NCBI GenBank assembly: GCA_938091905.1
Contig: CALKOM010000095.1
Span: forward strand, 1-61,138
Direction: 5' to 3'
Source of the DNA: an uncultured Verrucomicrobiales bacterium
GTDB lineage: Bacteria > Verrucomicrobiota > Verrucomicrobiia > Verrucomicrobiales > DEV007
Length of the DNA stretch: 61,138 nt
Shown: in pieces, positions 31,201 through 40,900 of the stretch
Layout of the letters: the number at the start of each line of letters is the position of its first letter
Position numbering within the stretch: position 1 is the first letter of the stretch
Program-made: the position numbers and the translations under genes
Notes under the pieces: model-generated
The model's database searches: none
The model's input: only the letters and a program-made list of their open reading frames with translations
Told to the model about the DNA's origin: nothing

Positions 31201-31352
31201 TGATTTTTGAAACTTCCATTCAGGCAAAGTTTCTCGTGCCCATGGCGATCTCCGTCGGCATTGGCACGCTCGTTTCCTCGCTCGTGATTCTCCTCATGAT
31301 ACCGGCCGTGTTGTCTCTACTTGAGGGGGCACAGCCTTCCGAGAGCGGTTAG
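28245..31352 (+). CDS. RND efflux permease (AcrB/AcrD/AcrF family)
   Basis: LAWFARNHVAANLLM, GIVVDDAVV, RFRPILLTSLTT; 1035 aa. Confidence 0.95.
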   Translation: MTDSSTTHRGILAWFARNHVAANLLMIAVVSVGIVAATKIKQEVYPTFAIDTVSIRMQYRGASPEEVERSILLPIEAELRGMELVRRTVATARDSSASVMVEVNPGFDRNRALQEITAAVQRVSLFPDDAEPPTIALGSGRRRGVMSISIYGNLDERTLVNFARQLQDGLLAEPDIALVEVSGMREPEIHIEIAQEKLRALGLTLSDVARTIDSSALDVPAGTLKTSGGDILLRTTERKDFASEFAEIEVISTADGSSVRLSEIAEVRDDFEESEREAYFNGQRAVFLSVYSSEEQPPLKVAKAVRRFIEKQQPNLPPSVGVTLTRDRSDDYKERIRLLFQNGIIGLILVLIALGFLLELRVAFWTAIGIPVSIIGSLVLLPVLDATINMISLFGFIITLGIVVDDAVVVGEDIFHKISQGMPRLDAAVEGVRQMSVPVVFAVSTNIIAFLPLLYVTGEAGLFFKVLPAVVIAVFTVSLVECLFILPAHLSGSRKTGDATKTSWFGAFDRKQEAFRNRLDAAMERSYTPILAAVMRNRAVTISIFVAALAVVFGYVGSGRINFAFRPTIETNFVQGEIEMPSGTPIARSREVAMQIEAAARRAVDRTGEEGILVGIFNEIAERSSNEAEVSVTLVPQSQRKVTSAEFAGIWREEIGVIPDLESLFFDYIFGPGGSAEIDIQLAHPEVETLRAAATEVADAVALYPGVKDVRKGFGREMPQFNFEIKSAGRSMGITASDLGRQIRHSFYGAEALRQPRGHDELRVMVKLPKDARRSLAGLEDLLIRAPGGGEIPLGQAATVISTTAPVRIERVDGARVINVTGNVIRGTTTGNKVLGAFSKNNLPDILAKYPGLRYTYEGEQREQREAMDTLLWGLVASVFVIYALMASLLRSYMQAFVVFLTIPWSLAGAIIGHVLLGFELSVFSVFGMIALCGMVVNGAFVLAVTRNRYLAEGRDPSQVTKLAAQRRFRPILLTSLTTFLGLGPMIFETSIQAKFLVPMAISVGIGTLVSSLVILLMIPAVLSLLEGAQPSESG

Positions 31353-31560
31353 ACTGTAGCACAAGAGGATTTGTGATCACTTCTACTCCGATAATTTTTA
31401 TGGGAGTGTCGCTTCGACATACTGCCCTAGCCTTGGCCTGGAAGGCCGCACTACTCCAAAGGGTGGGGCGTGAAGACAACGCTGGTTTCATCGTCATTCG
31501 CGTTTGATATCAATTGAGCAAATTAACCGCGTAGCCTTATTACCCGGCTAGACTGCTCCC

Positions 31561-31630
31561 GTAGCCCAAGGTGTCAGCCTTCGGGCCCCTCGACAATGGC
31601 ACTGTTCCGGAGCCTCACGGCATCGGCTAC
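31561..31630. repeat. Degenerate inverted GTAG-type REP doublet, family C
   Basis: GTAGCCCAAGGTGTCAGCCTTCGG (31561-31584) matches the reverse complement of 31607-31630 (GTAGCCGATGCCGTGAGGCTCCGG) at 17/24 positions. Confidence 0.5.
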
Positions 31631-31722
31631 TTGTGATGTGAATGCGCGCACAGGTGAGGAGTTCCCGTTGTACTTTCAACTTTGGTGTTTCTGAATCTTC
31701 TTCAATCCGATAACAATGTCTG

Positions 31723-34700
31723 ATGAAGGCTCAGGAAATCTGTCCAAAATTTAGGAACTGCCAATTGTTGGTCATGCTCGGCTTATTTGCGGCGTTGCTG
31801 TCTTGCACCTTGGCAAGACCTGTTGCTTTGAGCATCGATTGGTCTGGCGTCGATGGGACTGAGGAATCCAGTAGCATCTTGGTAGCATCGGGAACGTTCA
31901 TTGCTCAGAATCCCTTCTTGCAAGGACCAGTGATGCTAAATTCCGGCGAATCGTTAGTCGCTTCGCTTCGAGTCAATATAGGAGAGAACAAACCTGCCTT
32001 TGATAACGACGGCCTATTCATTGGCTTTGGCAACAGTTCTGGTGGCGGGTATGTGTTAGGTGAGTTTGATACCGGCGTCCCTCAAGCCGAACCCTTCCGT
32101 CATCGTGCGCGAGTCGGCAGCACGAATCTCGCAGGCACCGTCGATCTGACACCCCTACCAACAGAGAGCGCCATGCCGGAACTGGCGGCTACCAGTCACT
32201 TTGACGGCGACAACACCGTGACCGTGCGCTTCGCAGTGACGCGCACTGCAGACGGGTTCGACCTTGAAACGCGCTGGAACGACACCGTTTTCAACACGAC
32301 AGTGTCAACAGACGAGTGGGCGCCTGGCGAGGATACTCTGGACACGTTCTTCTTTCGATCCCGGCAATCAGCCGATTGGGAGGTCACCAATGTCTTGGTG
32401 GAATACGAAACATTACAGGGACTCGATCCAGACTTGTTAATCGAAACCGTGTCTTTGCCAGGACGCACGGGGATCAACTCGGAAGCCTTGATGTTCGTGG
32501 CGCCCATTAGTAATGGGGGTGCTAGTATGGATCTTGAGATAGACTCGGTCGTCGTTGAAGGCGAGGCAGAGGCGCAATTCACAGTCGATTCCTTTCCCTC
32601 GACGCTAGCTCCAGGAGCTTCTGGGGAAATCGCCCTGACCTTTAATGCAGCAGGACTGAGTGGGACTTTTGAAACCACGCTCATTGTGAATGCCAATACA
32701 GAGGACAGCCCTCTGAGCGTCCCCTTGGCGACACGTGTGCCGTTGATCACCACCTTTCGCGCGTCCCCTACCGTCATCAACAACGGAGCGTCCGCAACGC
32801 TGTCTTGGGTGGTCGATCCCAGAGCCGAGCTCAGTATGGATCCTGATGTCGGCGACCTCGCCGGGGCCATGGTCAATGGATCCGGAAGCCTAACAATAGC
32901 ACCCTTAGCAGACACGGACTATACCTTGACCGCCTCACTGAAAGATGACCAGCAGTCGCGCTCTGTGCCAGTAACGGTACTTCAGACGATTGAGCGAGGT
33001 CTCGTTCCCGTTGAGGAATCGTGGACGTTCAGCGCAGGCTCCGGGGATGGAACGGAGAATTCGTTGAGCGGTAGCGGAACCTTTATTGCACGGCAACCAT
33101 TTGCCGTCGGTCAACTCGCTCTGGCTGAAGGAGACTTTCTTAGTGCACGGATGCGCATCGCGAATGGCGACCTAAAACCAGATGTCAATGAGGACGGCTT
33201 GTTCATAGGCTTCGGCAATAGCGAGGCCGGTGGCTACATTCTCAGCGAGCTTGATACGGGATCTGTTGGAGAGGAATTCGTTAGACATCGCCATCGCGTC
33301 GGAGGGACGAACTTGGCCAGCACGGTAGATTTGATTCCCGCCACGAACTTGACGGGAATCGAACTAGTTCCCGATGAAAACCAACAGTTCACCGGAGACC
33401 ACACAGTCGACCTTGAGGTGATTCTTGGCCGAACGGGGGAAGGTTATCTCTTCGAAACGATCTGGGGTACAGCGCGCTACTCCTCTGTCATTCCATTCGA
33501 GAATTGGTCTCCCGAGAATCATGCGATCGACACGTTCTTCTTCCGCGCTCGGCAAGAAGCTGACTGGGAAGTCACCAGTTTGGCCGTGCAATTCAACCTG
33601 GCTGGTCAAGATCCCGATCTCGCCGTGGCCACGAATCCGATTCAAGGACTTGAACCTGATGCAGGCCCCTATCAATTGTCAATTCCCCTGACCAACAGTG
33701 GTAAGGAAGAGACTCTCGAGATTGAAAGCATCCGTGTCGTGGGTCCAGATCAGGATTTGTTTACAATCGGTGATCGCCCTACGGCAATTCCTCCCCAAGG
33801 CTCAGAGCCCGTCACATTAACGTTCGCACCCGGCGGTCGCCGCGGTGGCTTTGCAGCTCTGCTCGAGGTGCAAAGCAACGACTCTGCCGACAAGGTTTCG
33901 CAATGGGACCTGTCCACCTTCACCGGTAATTCTGGCAACTTGATCGCGCATTATCGTTTCGATGAGACAGAAAGCACAGGCCCCGTTTATGATTATTCAG
34001 GGCGCGGCTCTCATGGGGTCTATCAAATCGGCGACGGCGCCATGATCGCAGTGTCCCAAGACCCACTCGCCTCGGGAACCTCCGTCACTCTCACACCGGG
34101 TGAAGAAGAGGCTGCTTATGTAGAGATCCCCGCAAATTCTGGCATTCCTCCATTAGAGGAATTCAGCCTCTCTCTATGGTTCCAAGGAAATCCTAATGCC
34201 GAAAGTGTCAGTGTATTATTCTCTAAAGGTGACGCTCTGGGCGATCCCTTCTCATTTGCCCTCGCAGGGGATAGTCTTTTGTGGGTGTCGAACGGCCAGC
34301 AGTCGGAGCCATTCGCGGGCGTCGTCACGGGTGGGCTGCAGCATCTGGTCGCTGTGGCCAGCGCCGAGGAGTTAACCCTTTATCTAGACGGAGAAACCCA
34401 GGGCACCATGACCGTCGACCCTTTCGACGATTCACGATCCTCAGCCTTACGTTTCGGCTCATTGAATAGCCTCTTTGGATTCCAAGGCTCTCTTGACGAT
34501 GCCCAGCTTTACAACCGAGTGCTCAGTTCTAAAGACGCAGCCTTCCTGAGCCAGAATCCTGGAGCCGTGTTACCTGCCGAAGACTCCGGCATCGCCCCTG
34601 GTGACGTCGGCTCGGCAAACCTTCGAAGCACTGCCGATAATGGAGTGGAGATCAATTGGGTGAGTAAAGACGATCTGAGTTACACCGTCCAATACTCGGA

Positions 34701-34821
34701 AACGCTGCTCCCTGACTCTTGGCAAGAGGTCGATGCGAATGCACAGCCACCCTATACAGACACGGCAGTGGAGCGCGTTGGGAATGCGACTGGTTTCTAC
34801 CGCATTCTTGTCGAGCGTTAG
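31723..34821 (+). CDS. Secreted multidomain surface protein: duplicated unknown beta domain, Ig-like domains, LamG, C-terminal FYR-type domain
   Basis: Internal repeat DGLFIGFGNS..GGY.L.E.DTG and DTFFFR.RQ.ADWEVT; LamG LIAHYRFDE...G.LDDAQLYNRVL. Confidence 0.8.
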   Translation: MKAQEICPKFRNCQLLVMLGLFAALLSCTLARPVALSIDWSGVDGTEESSSILVASGTFIAQNPFLQGPVMLNSGESLVASLRVNIGENKPAFDNDGLFIGFGNSSGGGYVLGEFDTGVPQAEPFRHRARVGSTNLAGTVDLTPLPTESAMPELAATSHFDGDNTVTVRFAVTRTADGFDLETRWNDTVFNTTVSTDEWAPGEDTLDTFFFRSRQSADWEVTNVLVEYETLQGLDPDLLIETVSLPGRTGINSEALMFVAPISNGGASMDLEIDSVVVEGEAEAQFTVDSFPSTLAPGASGEIALTFNAAGLSGTFETTLIVNANTEDSPLSVPLATRVPLITTFRASPTVINNGASATLSWVVDPRAELSMDPDVGDLAGAMVNGSGSLTIAPLADTDYTLTASLKDDQQSRSVPVTVLQTIERGLVPVEESWTFSAGSGDGTENSLSGSGTFIARQPFAVGQLALAEGDFLSARMRIANGDLKPDVNEDGLFIGFGNSEAGGYILSELDTGSVGEEFVRHRHRVGGTNLASTVDLIPATNLTGIELVPDENQQFTGDHTVDLEVILGRTGEGYLFETIWGTARYSSVIPFENWSPENHAIDTFFFRARQEADWEVTSLAVQFNLAGQDPDLAVATNPIQGLEPDAGPYQLSIPLTNSGKEETLEIESIRVVGPDQDLFTIGDRPTAIPPQGSEPVTLTFAPGGRRGGFAALLEVQSNDSADKVSQWDLSTFTGNSGNLIAHYRFDETESTGPVYDYSGRGSHGVYQIGDGAMIAVSQDPLASGTSVTLTPGEEEAAYVEIPANSGIPPLEEFSLSLWFQGNPNAESVSVLFSKGDALGDPFSFALAGDSLLWVSNGQQSEPFAGVVTGGLQHLVAVASAEELTLYLDGETQGTMTVDPFDDSRSSALRFGSLNSLFGFQGSLDDAQLYNRVLSSKDAAFLSQNPGAVLPAEDSGIAPGDVGSANLRSTADNGVEINWVSKDDLSYTVQYSETLLPDSWQEVDANAQPPYTDTAVERVGNATGFYRILVER

Positions 34822-34889
34822 ATCTGAGCGTTAAAGCCCCTCAGAATACTCTCATCATTCGGGCCCTTCGATAGTTTTCCGGGAATCAA

Positions 34890-36476
34890 CTATCTTGGCC
34901 TCGGCATGGAAGCCCCAACTTCCTTGCGCCATATGTGAAGCATGGCGATCAGTTCTGCGACCTTCTCTTCCTGCTGCTTTGCTAGATCATTCTGTTCTCC
35001 AGGATCAGCCTTCAGGTTGAATAGCTGCACCGTGTTGTTCTCAAAATACTCGATGAGTTTGTAGTCGCCTTGGCGAATTGCACCGCATGGGCTCTGCATG
35101 CCGTGATTGCTATAGTGAGGAAAGTGCCAGTAGATGGCTGCGTCGCGTTTAAAGTCGGAACCTTCGACCGCTGCTGCGAAACTAAGGCCGTCAACATGTT
35201 GTTCGGGTTGCGCCGGAAGGCCACTCATTTCAAGAAATGTAGGGAAGAAATCGGTACTCGTGACGGGTTCTTGGCAGATCGCCCCGCGCCGTCCTTGGCC
35301 AGGCCACCTCACAATGAGGGGAACACGCACGCCACCTTCATAGAGCCAGCCTTTCGCGCCACGTAACGGGAGGTTGGACGTGGCGTAGGCTAAATCGATC
35401 GCGTCCTCGGAAACAACACGCTTCGGGTTGCCCCAATTGCCTGCGGACATCCCTCCATTGTCCGAATAAAAGACAACGATCGTGTTATCGCTCAGCCCCA
35501 GCCCATCGAGCTTCTCCAAGACGCGGCCAAGGCTCTCGTCCATCGCTTCAACCATCGCCGCAAATTGAATGTTATCCGGGTGCTGCTTAATCTTAACGGT
35601 TCGCTGAGGCAACACCTTGTGGCCTTGATGTGAGGGTTTCTGTATTAGCTTGTCGAGCTGGCTTGCTCTGAGCGGATTGTCATCATCTGGATTCCCTTCG
35701 AGAATGAACGATGATTCTCCCGCAGGGTTCATGGCAGCGAGCTTCTTCCGGTACTTCTCGACCAGATCTTTCCTTCCTTGGATGGGGTCGTGCACCGCAA
35801 AGTGGGACAGGTAGAGAAAGAATGGTTGCTCGGTCTTGCGCTCGATGAATTTCAAGGCCTCATCCGTTAGGCGATCAGTTAGGTAGTCGCCGCCTTCATA
35901 CGCGATGCCATCCATTTTAAAAGGCGCATGATAACCGCCGCGTGGACAGCAGCCATCCCAATCGGTAACCCGAACATCAAAACCATGGGCCCTAGGTGAG
36001 GAATCACCGTCACCTAAATGCCACTTCCCAAAGATTCCCGTGCGATAACCATGGGCCTTCAGCACCTCGGCCACCGTTTGTTCTTCCTGCGGCAGCTTCA
36101 GCAAATTGTCGGGTTCCAACAATCGCTGAAACTCATGGTCTTTCCGCCCGGGAATCCAATCCGTTAATTGCAGCCGGGCGGGATACTTCCCGGTCATGAG
36201 ACTTGCCCGAGTTGGCGAGCAGACATGACAGACTGCATATGCCTGCGTGAAACGAACGCCCTGCTCGGCGAGACGATCGACGTTTGGCGTGTCGTAGAAT
36301 TCACTACCATAACAGCCGATGTCCGACCACCCCAAGTCATCGACGAGAAAGAAGACAATATTAGGGGGGCTATCACGGTTTGTCGCCTCTTCCTGAGCGC
36401 GAGTGGTGTGGCTGGTCCACAGGAAGAGGACACAAACGAGAACGAAGTCCAGGCGTGTAAGTGATAAGGTTTTCAT
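34890..36476 (-). CDS. Sulfatase (S1, Cys-type)
   Basis: NIVFFLVDDLG, CSPTR, GKWHLG, SDNGG, YEGGVRVP. Confidence 0.95.
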   Translation of the reverse strand: MKTLSLTRLDFVLVCVLFLWTSHTTRAQEEATNRDSPPNIVFFLVDDLGWSDIGCYGSEFYDTPNVDRLAEQGVRFTQAYAVCHVCSPTRASLMTGKYPARLQLTDWIPGRKDHEFQRLLEPDNLLKLPQEEQTVAEVLKAHGYRTGIFGKWHLGDGDSSPRAHGFDVRVTDWDGCCPRGGYHAPFKMDGIAYEGGDYLTDRLTDEALKFIERKTEQPFFLYLSHFAVHDPIQGRKDLVEKYRKKLAAMNPAGESSFILEGNPDDDNPLRASQLDKLIQKPSHQGHKVLPQRTVKIKQHPDNIQFAAMVEAMDESLGRVLEKLDGLGLSDNTIVVFYSDNGGMSAGNWGNPKRVVSEDAIDLAYATSNLPLRGAKGWLYEGGVRVPLIVRWPGQGRRGAICQEPVTSTDFFPTFLEMSGLPAQPEQHVDGLSFAAAVEGSDFKRDAAIYWHFPHYSNHGMQSPCGAIRQGDYKLIEYFENNTVQLFNLKADPGEQNDLAKQQEEKVAELIAMLHIWRKEVGASMPRPR

Positions 36477-36622
36477 TAGTTAATCATCAACAGGCCCACC
36501 GGAGCAGAGGCCATTCCCCACCGTACTATCATGATGAATCCGAGTTGTCAGGAACAACCTCACCATTGCGTATCGCTCGATTAGGTGCTTGACCCCAAAG
36601 CGAGGATACAGAGGCTGTCCGC

Positions 36623-37798
36623 ATGAAATTCCTCATGGCTTTGCTCGCCCTACTCTGCATCGTCGCGGGATCCACTTCGGCAGAGATCACCAAGGCAGAA
36701 CTTTCCAAGTTACTTAAGGAATTTCCTCAGGCAGACGCAAATGGTGACGGCCACCTGAGTAAGGAGGAAGCCACAGCTCACCGCAAGAAACTTGAGAGGC
36801 GCGCCAAACGCCCTCGCCGAGGCGTTAAAATTACCTTCAAGGTCGATCCCGGTTGGAACGCCAAGCGGTTCCCCGAGCACGCCATGTGCTACCGCACCCC
36901 GGAAGAACTCAAGGAGATCTACCCCAAGGTGGTGTCCTTCGAGAAGCCAACGGACGGCGCCTTGCGGATTGTCGCCACCGGACACAGTTTCATGATTCCA
37001 GGTTTCAAGACCCTTCCAACCATATGCGAGTGCGCGGGATTCGAGCAACCCTTGCATGCACACACTGGAGGTGGCATGACCGGAAGTGCGCGCTACAAAT
37101 GGGAAGAGGAGAACGGCATCTTCCAATTTGAGGGCAAGCCAAATCCCAAGCTACTAACATCGATCGCCAATGCCGAATGGGATGCCATGATATGGGGGCC
37201 TTATTTCCAAGATCGCCCCGAGTATTACGCCTGCTGGATCGACTACTGTCTTAAGTATCACCCACACATGAGATTCTTCCTCTCAGACGCTTGGCCATCG
37301 ATCCAATCATTGGACAAGGAACCGCAATCAGAAAAAGAGCTCACCCACGAACTCTTCGTCCAGTTAGAGAAACAGATGCAAGCTCCCTACCGAACGATCA
37401 TGACCACTCTCAACACTCAATTTCCTGACAAAGCCTTTATCTTACCCACTTCCGCAGCCATGGTGTTGGCAGTCGACTACTATCACCGCGGCGAACTACC
37501 CGGCATCGAAGGCATCCACCGCGCCGTCGGTAAAAAAGAGCGCTCATTGTGGAGGGACCCGCTCGGCCACCTCGGACCAGGGTTTGACCGCCTCGAGGGC
37601 TACGTCTTCTACGCCACCATCTACGGCAAATCGCCAGAACTTCTGAAGGAGGACGTCAGTATTGATGACAAGCCAGGAGCTTTCCCAAGCCGCGCCTTGG
37701 ACAACATCTTTCGTAAGATTGCCTGGCAAGCTGTGATCAACCATCCACTGTCTGGAGTGACCGACAAGGATGGCAACGGTATAGGTGACAATTTGTAG
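36623..37798 (+). CDS. Secreted hypothetical protein with an N-terminal EF-hand and a possible SGNH-like domain
   Basis: Signal peptide; DANGDGHLSKEE; GHSF; DPLGH; C-terminal DKDGNG. Confidence 0.65.
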   Translation: MKFLMALLALLCIVAGSTSAEITKAELSKLLKEFPQADANGDGHLSKEEATAHRKKLERRAKRPRRGVKITFKVDPGWNAKRFPEHAMCYRTPEELKEIYPKVVSFEKPTDGALRIVATGHSFMIPGFKTLPTICECAGFEQPLHAHTGGGMTGSARYKWEEENGIFQFEGKPNPKLLTSIANAEWDAMIWGPYFQDRPEYYACWIDYCLKYHPHMRFFLSDAWPSIQSLDKEPQSEKELTHELFVQLEKQMQAPYRTIMTTLNTQFPDKAFILPTSAAMVLAVDYYHRGELPGIEGIHRAVGKKERSLWRDPLGHLGPGFDRLEGYVFYATIYGKSPELLKEDVSIDDKPGAFPSRALDNIFRKIAWQAVINHPLSGVTDKDGNGIGDNL

Positions 37799-37946
37799 AC
37801 ACCGGTCGCAAGACTAAAACGATCAAGCGCCTTTCTTCGCTACCAAAACCAGTTCTGCCCTGAGATCACCATCCAAGGCTCTTCAACGAACTGAGTTAGC
37901 CGTTCCGTCCTCTACAATTCTTATCGCGATCTTTGGTAGAAATTTC

Positions 37947-40900
37947 CTACTTCATTTGATGGAGGAACGCCATGAGATGCCCGATATCCTCAAGACTGAA
38001 GCGATTGAGCAACTTAGCCGGCATGAGTGAAGTGGCTTGCGCCTCGATCTCCTTCACGCTTCGGCGTGGCAATCGGGTAACTTGATTCTGAAGATCGGTG
38101 ATCGCAATGAAGCCTTCCGATTGTTCCGTGAGAAACCCACCAAGTGTTCGCCCATCGATGGTAAGGACTTGTTGGGCTTTGAAACGGTCTGGCACTTGAC
38201 GCGACGGGTAGACCAGGGCATCGGCCAATTCGCCGACATTCAGCCGTTTGGTCGCCCCAGCCAAGGCAGGACCAAAGACCGCGCTCGATTGGTCATCGAC
38301 ACCTCCGTGGCAAGCGAAACAACTGGCTTCAAGATAGACCTGCCGACCACGCGCAATATCGCCTGAGTAGCCTTTCATACCCACAACGAAATCGTGCAGG
38401 GCGGCATCATCGAGCTGTTCACTCGGGGGCAGCCTGGGAGCGAAGGGCTGGCCAAACCGGTGGCGATACCACAGTTGCCAGTACTCTTGAATGGACTCTG
38501 GCTGTGTGAGCGGCTCTTTCCCGAGGCGGTTTTTCATGGTTGTCAGGACATTGTCCGTCGGCTTACTAACATCTTTTCCAGCGTACCAGTTCCCCACCGC
38601 ATCGCCCCGCGTGATCCAGCCCTTTGGGGGCTCCACCGTATTCACCTTCCAAGTGGTATCCGTCACGACTCGCCCCGATCTTGTAGAGGTTTCCCAGGCC
38701 AGGTCCAACGCCAGGCCCGCGGGCCCGCCATGATTGAGCCCCACAATGCAAAACCGATTCTCACCTTCCCGGAGCTTGGAAGCCACGTCCACGGTCTGCG
38801 GGCGCTCCCAGTTTTTGCCCACCGCGACGCGTTCACCATTCAGGTGGGCTTCAAATTCATTGTCGCAGGTGAGGAGGAGCTTTCCCGAAACAGGCGCACC
38901 TTCTAGACGAAAGCTCCGCGTGAACCACGCACGTTCGTCATTGTTCTGTTCTGTTGATGTCCAAATGACCTGAAGCATGGGCTGATGACTCGGGCGGGAA
39001 TGGGAGACGACGGCTGCCAACGCTCCCTCAATCTCAATAACAACGTCCGGGTGTTGACCCATCAACTCAAGTAACCTGAATGCGACTGCTTGTTCACCGC
39101 TCCAATGGTCCAACTGAAGGTCTTTGCGGAATTCGTATTCTTCGAAAGTAAAGGCATCCGCCCGCAAACGCTCCGCACACCGACTGATGGTACGCTTGTC
39201 TTCCACTTTCAGAATCTCTTGAAGAAAGAGGGCCGACCGTTTCGCAGGCAGGTCGTGCGCAGCCAGGGCCGCAACGAAAGCATCGCGCCGCGCACGTTCA
39301 TTGGTGCCGTCTAGCTGGCCAAGCAGAGCTTCGACCACCGTCGGTGTCGGCATTCCCTCAAGGACACCCAACAAGCGCTGCGTTTCTGCCAGACCTGACG
39401 CATCACTCAAGGCGCCAATTACAATCTTATCAGCACCAGGTGTCTTCTGGATTACCTTAAAACCCACATCTGCTAATTGGCTCCCGCTCACAAACTGATT
39501 GGCCTCTGCCATAAACGCCTGCCCATGAAGGCTCCCCAGACGCGTGAGCACTGCTCCCCAGAAACTGGGAAACTGCCGTCCCTTGCCTTCAAACTCGGCA
39601 AACCAGCCCGTCTGGGCCGAAACAAGCCAACGCACCAGACGCTGGCTCTCCTCTGGAGCCCATCCTGCTGAGATCCGCGAGAGACAATCAGCAAGGTGAA
39701 ACTGGGTGACGCCGTCCGTTTCGCGTTCCAGCTCCTTTAAAATGAGCGTGAATCCTTCCCCCACCCCATAATCTCCGAGCAAGCGTCCTTTCTCCCATCG
39801 GAGTTCGCGATCTTTTTCCGGATAACCCTGGATAAGATACTCCTTCACCCGGCCTACAAGCGCTTCATCTTTGGAGACTTCCTTTTCAAAGAGGCCTAAC
39901 ACACGCAGGAAATCCAACTGTGCAGCAACGTCGCCGCTCCGCTCGGCAACAAGCAAATACTCCACCACCCGGCACACATCCGCAGATTCCGGCCGATCCC
40001 GGCGAAGGTGTGTCGCAACTAACAGGCGCAGCAGCGCAGCAGGCTCGCGAGATTCTTGCATCAAGGCGACAAGCTCACCCGTAGGGCGGTGAGACAAAGC
40101 GGTCATTGCTGCGTAACGCACGAATCGGTCCGAATCTGACAACCGGGCGACGAGGCCCGGCACGGCTCTTGAATCGGAGAACCGTGTGAAACACTCAGCA
40201 GCACGACGCCGCACAAAGGAATCGGGATCTTCTAACAAGCCAACGATCCAGGAAACCTCTTCAGCACGTTGACGAAGCCCAACGAGCCAGGCTGCCTGGC
40301 CACGCATCTCGGGCTTTGGATCTTGAGTGAGCCCTTCAATGAGTGAGCTCTTCAGATCGCGAAATGCCGGTGCCCGTAAACGTAAGGCACGCAGCCGTTG
40401 GCGCAACGGTTTGGCGGGGTCTTGGATCCAGACGTTGAGTGCCTGACTGAGCTGTTCGCCATGCCCATCGAGCATGCCTTTCTGTGCTACACGGCTCCAT
40501 TCTGCCATCGGCTGAGGTAATGTAAGGATCGCCTCGACAGAGGGCTCTTGAGACGGAACGGTCGGCACTATTTCAGGAGCGATGCCGTCCGAATTGGGAT
40601 CGTAGAACAATCGCCACACCCCTTGATTGTGATCACTGATCATCAGGCTACCATCTGGAGCCACTTCCACATCGACCACGCCAAATCCGATATCACTTTC
40701 GCGCTTTGGCTGTGCAAGGACAGTCATCTCGGCCTTCCACGTGGCCTCCGATCGTTCGAGATGAAAAGCAACGACCCGCCCGGGATTGGCGTAGCCACCT
40801 GAGGTGGCGGATTTCCACTGATAATCACACACGAGAAAGGCATCGCGGTAATGGGCAGGGAACGCCGTGTGTTCATAAAACTGCCCCCAATCGGGGGAAC

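Noticed and set aside
32196..32915. 239-aa antisense ORF, and many similar shadow ORFs such as 8481-9146
   Set aside because: They lie opposite well-supported genes and are expected from codon bias at this GC content.
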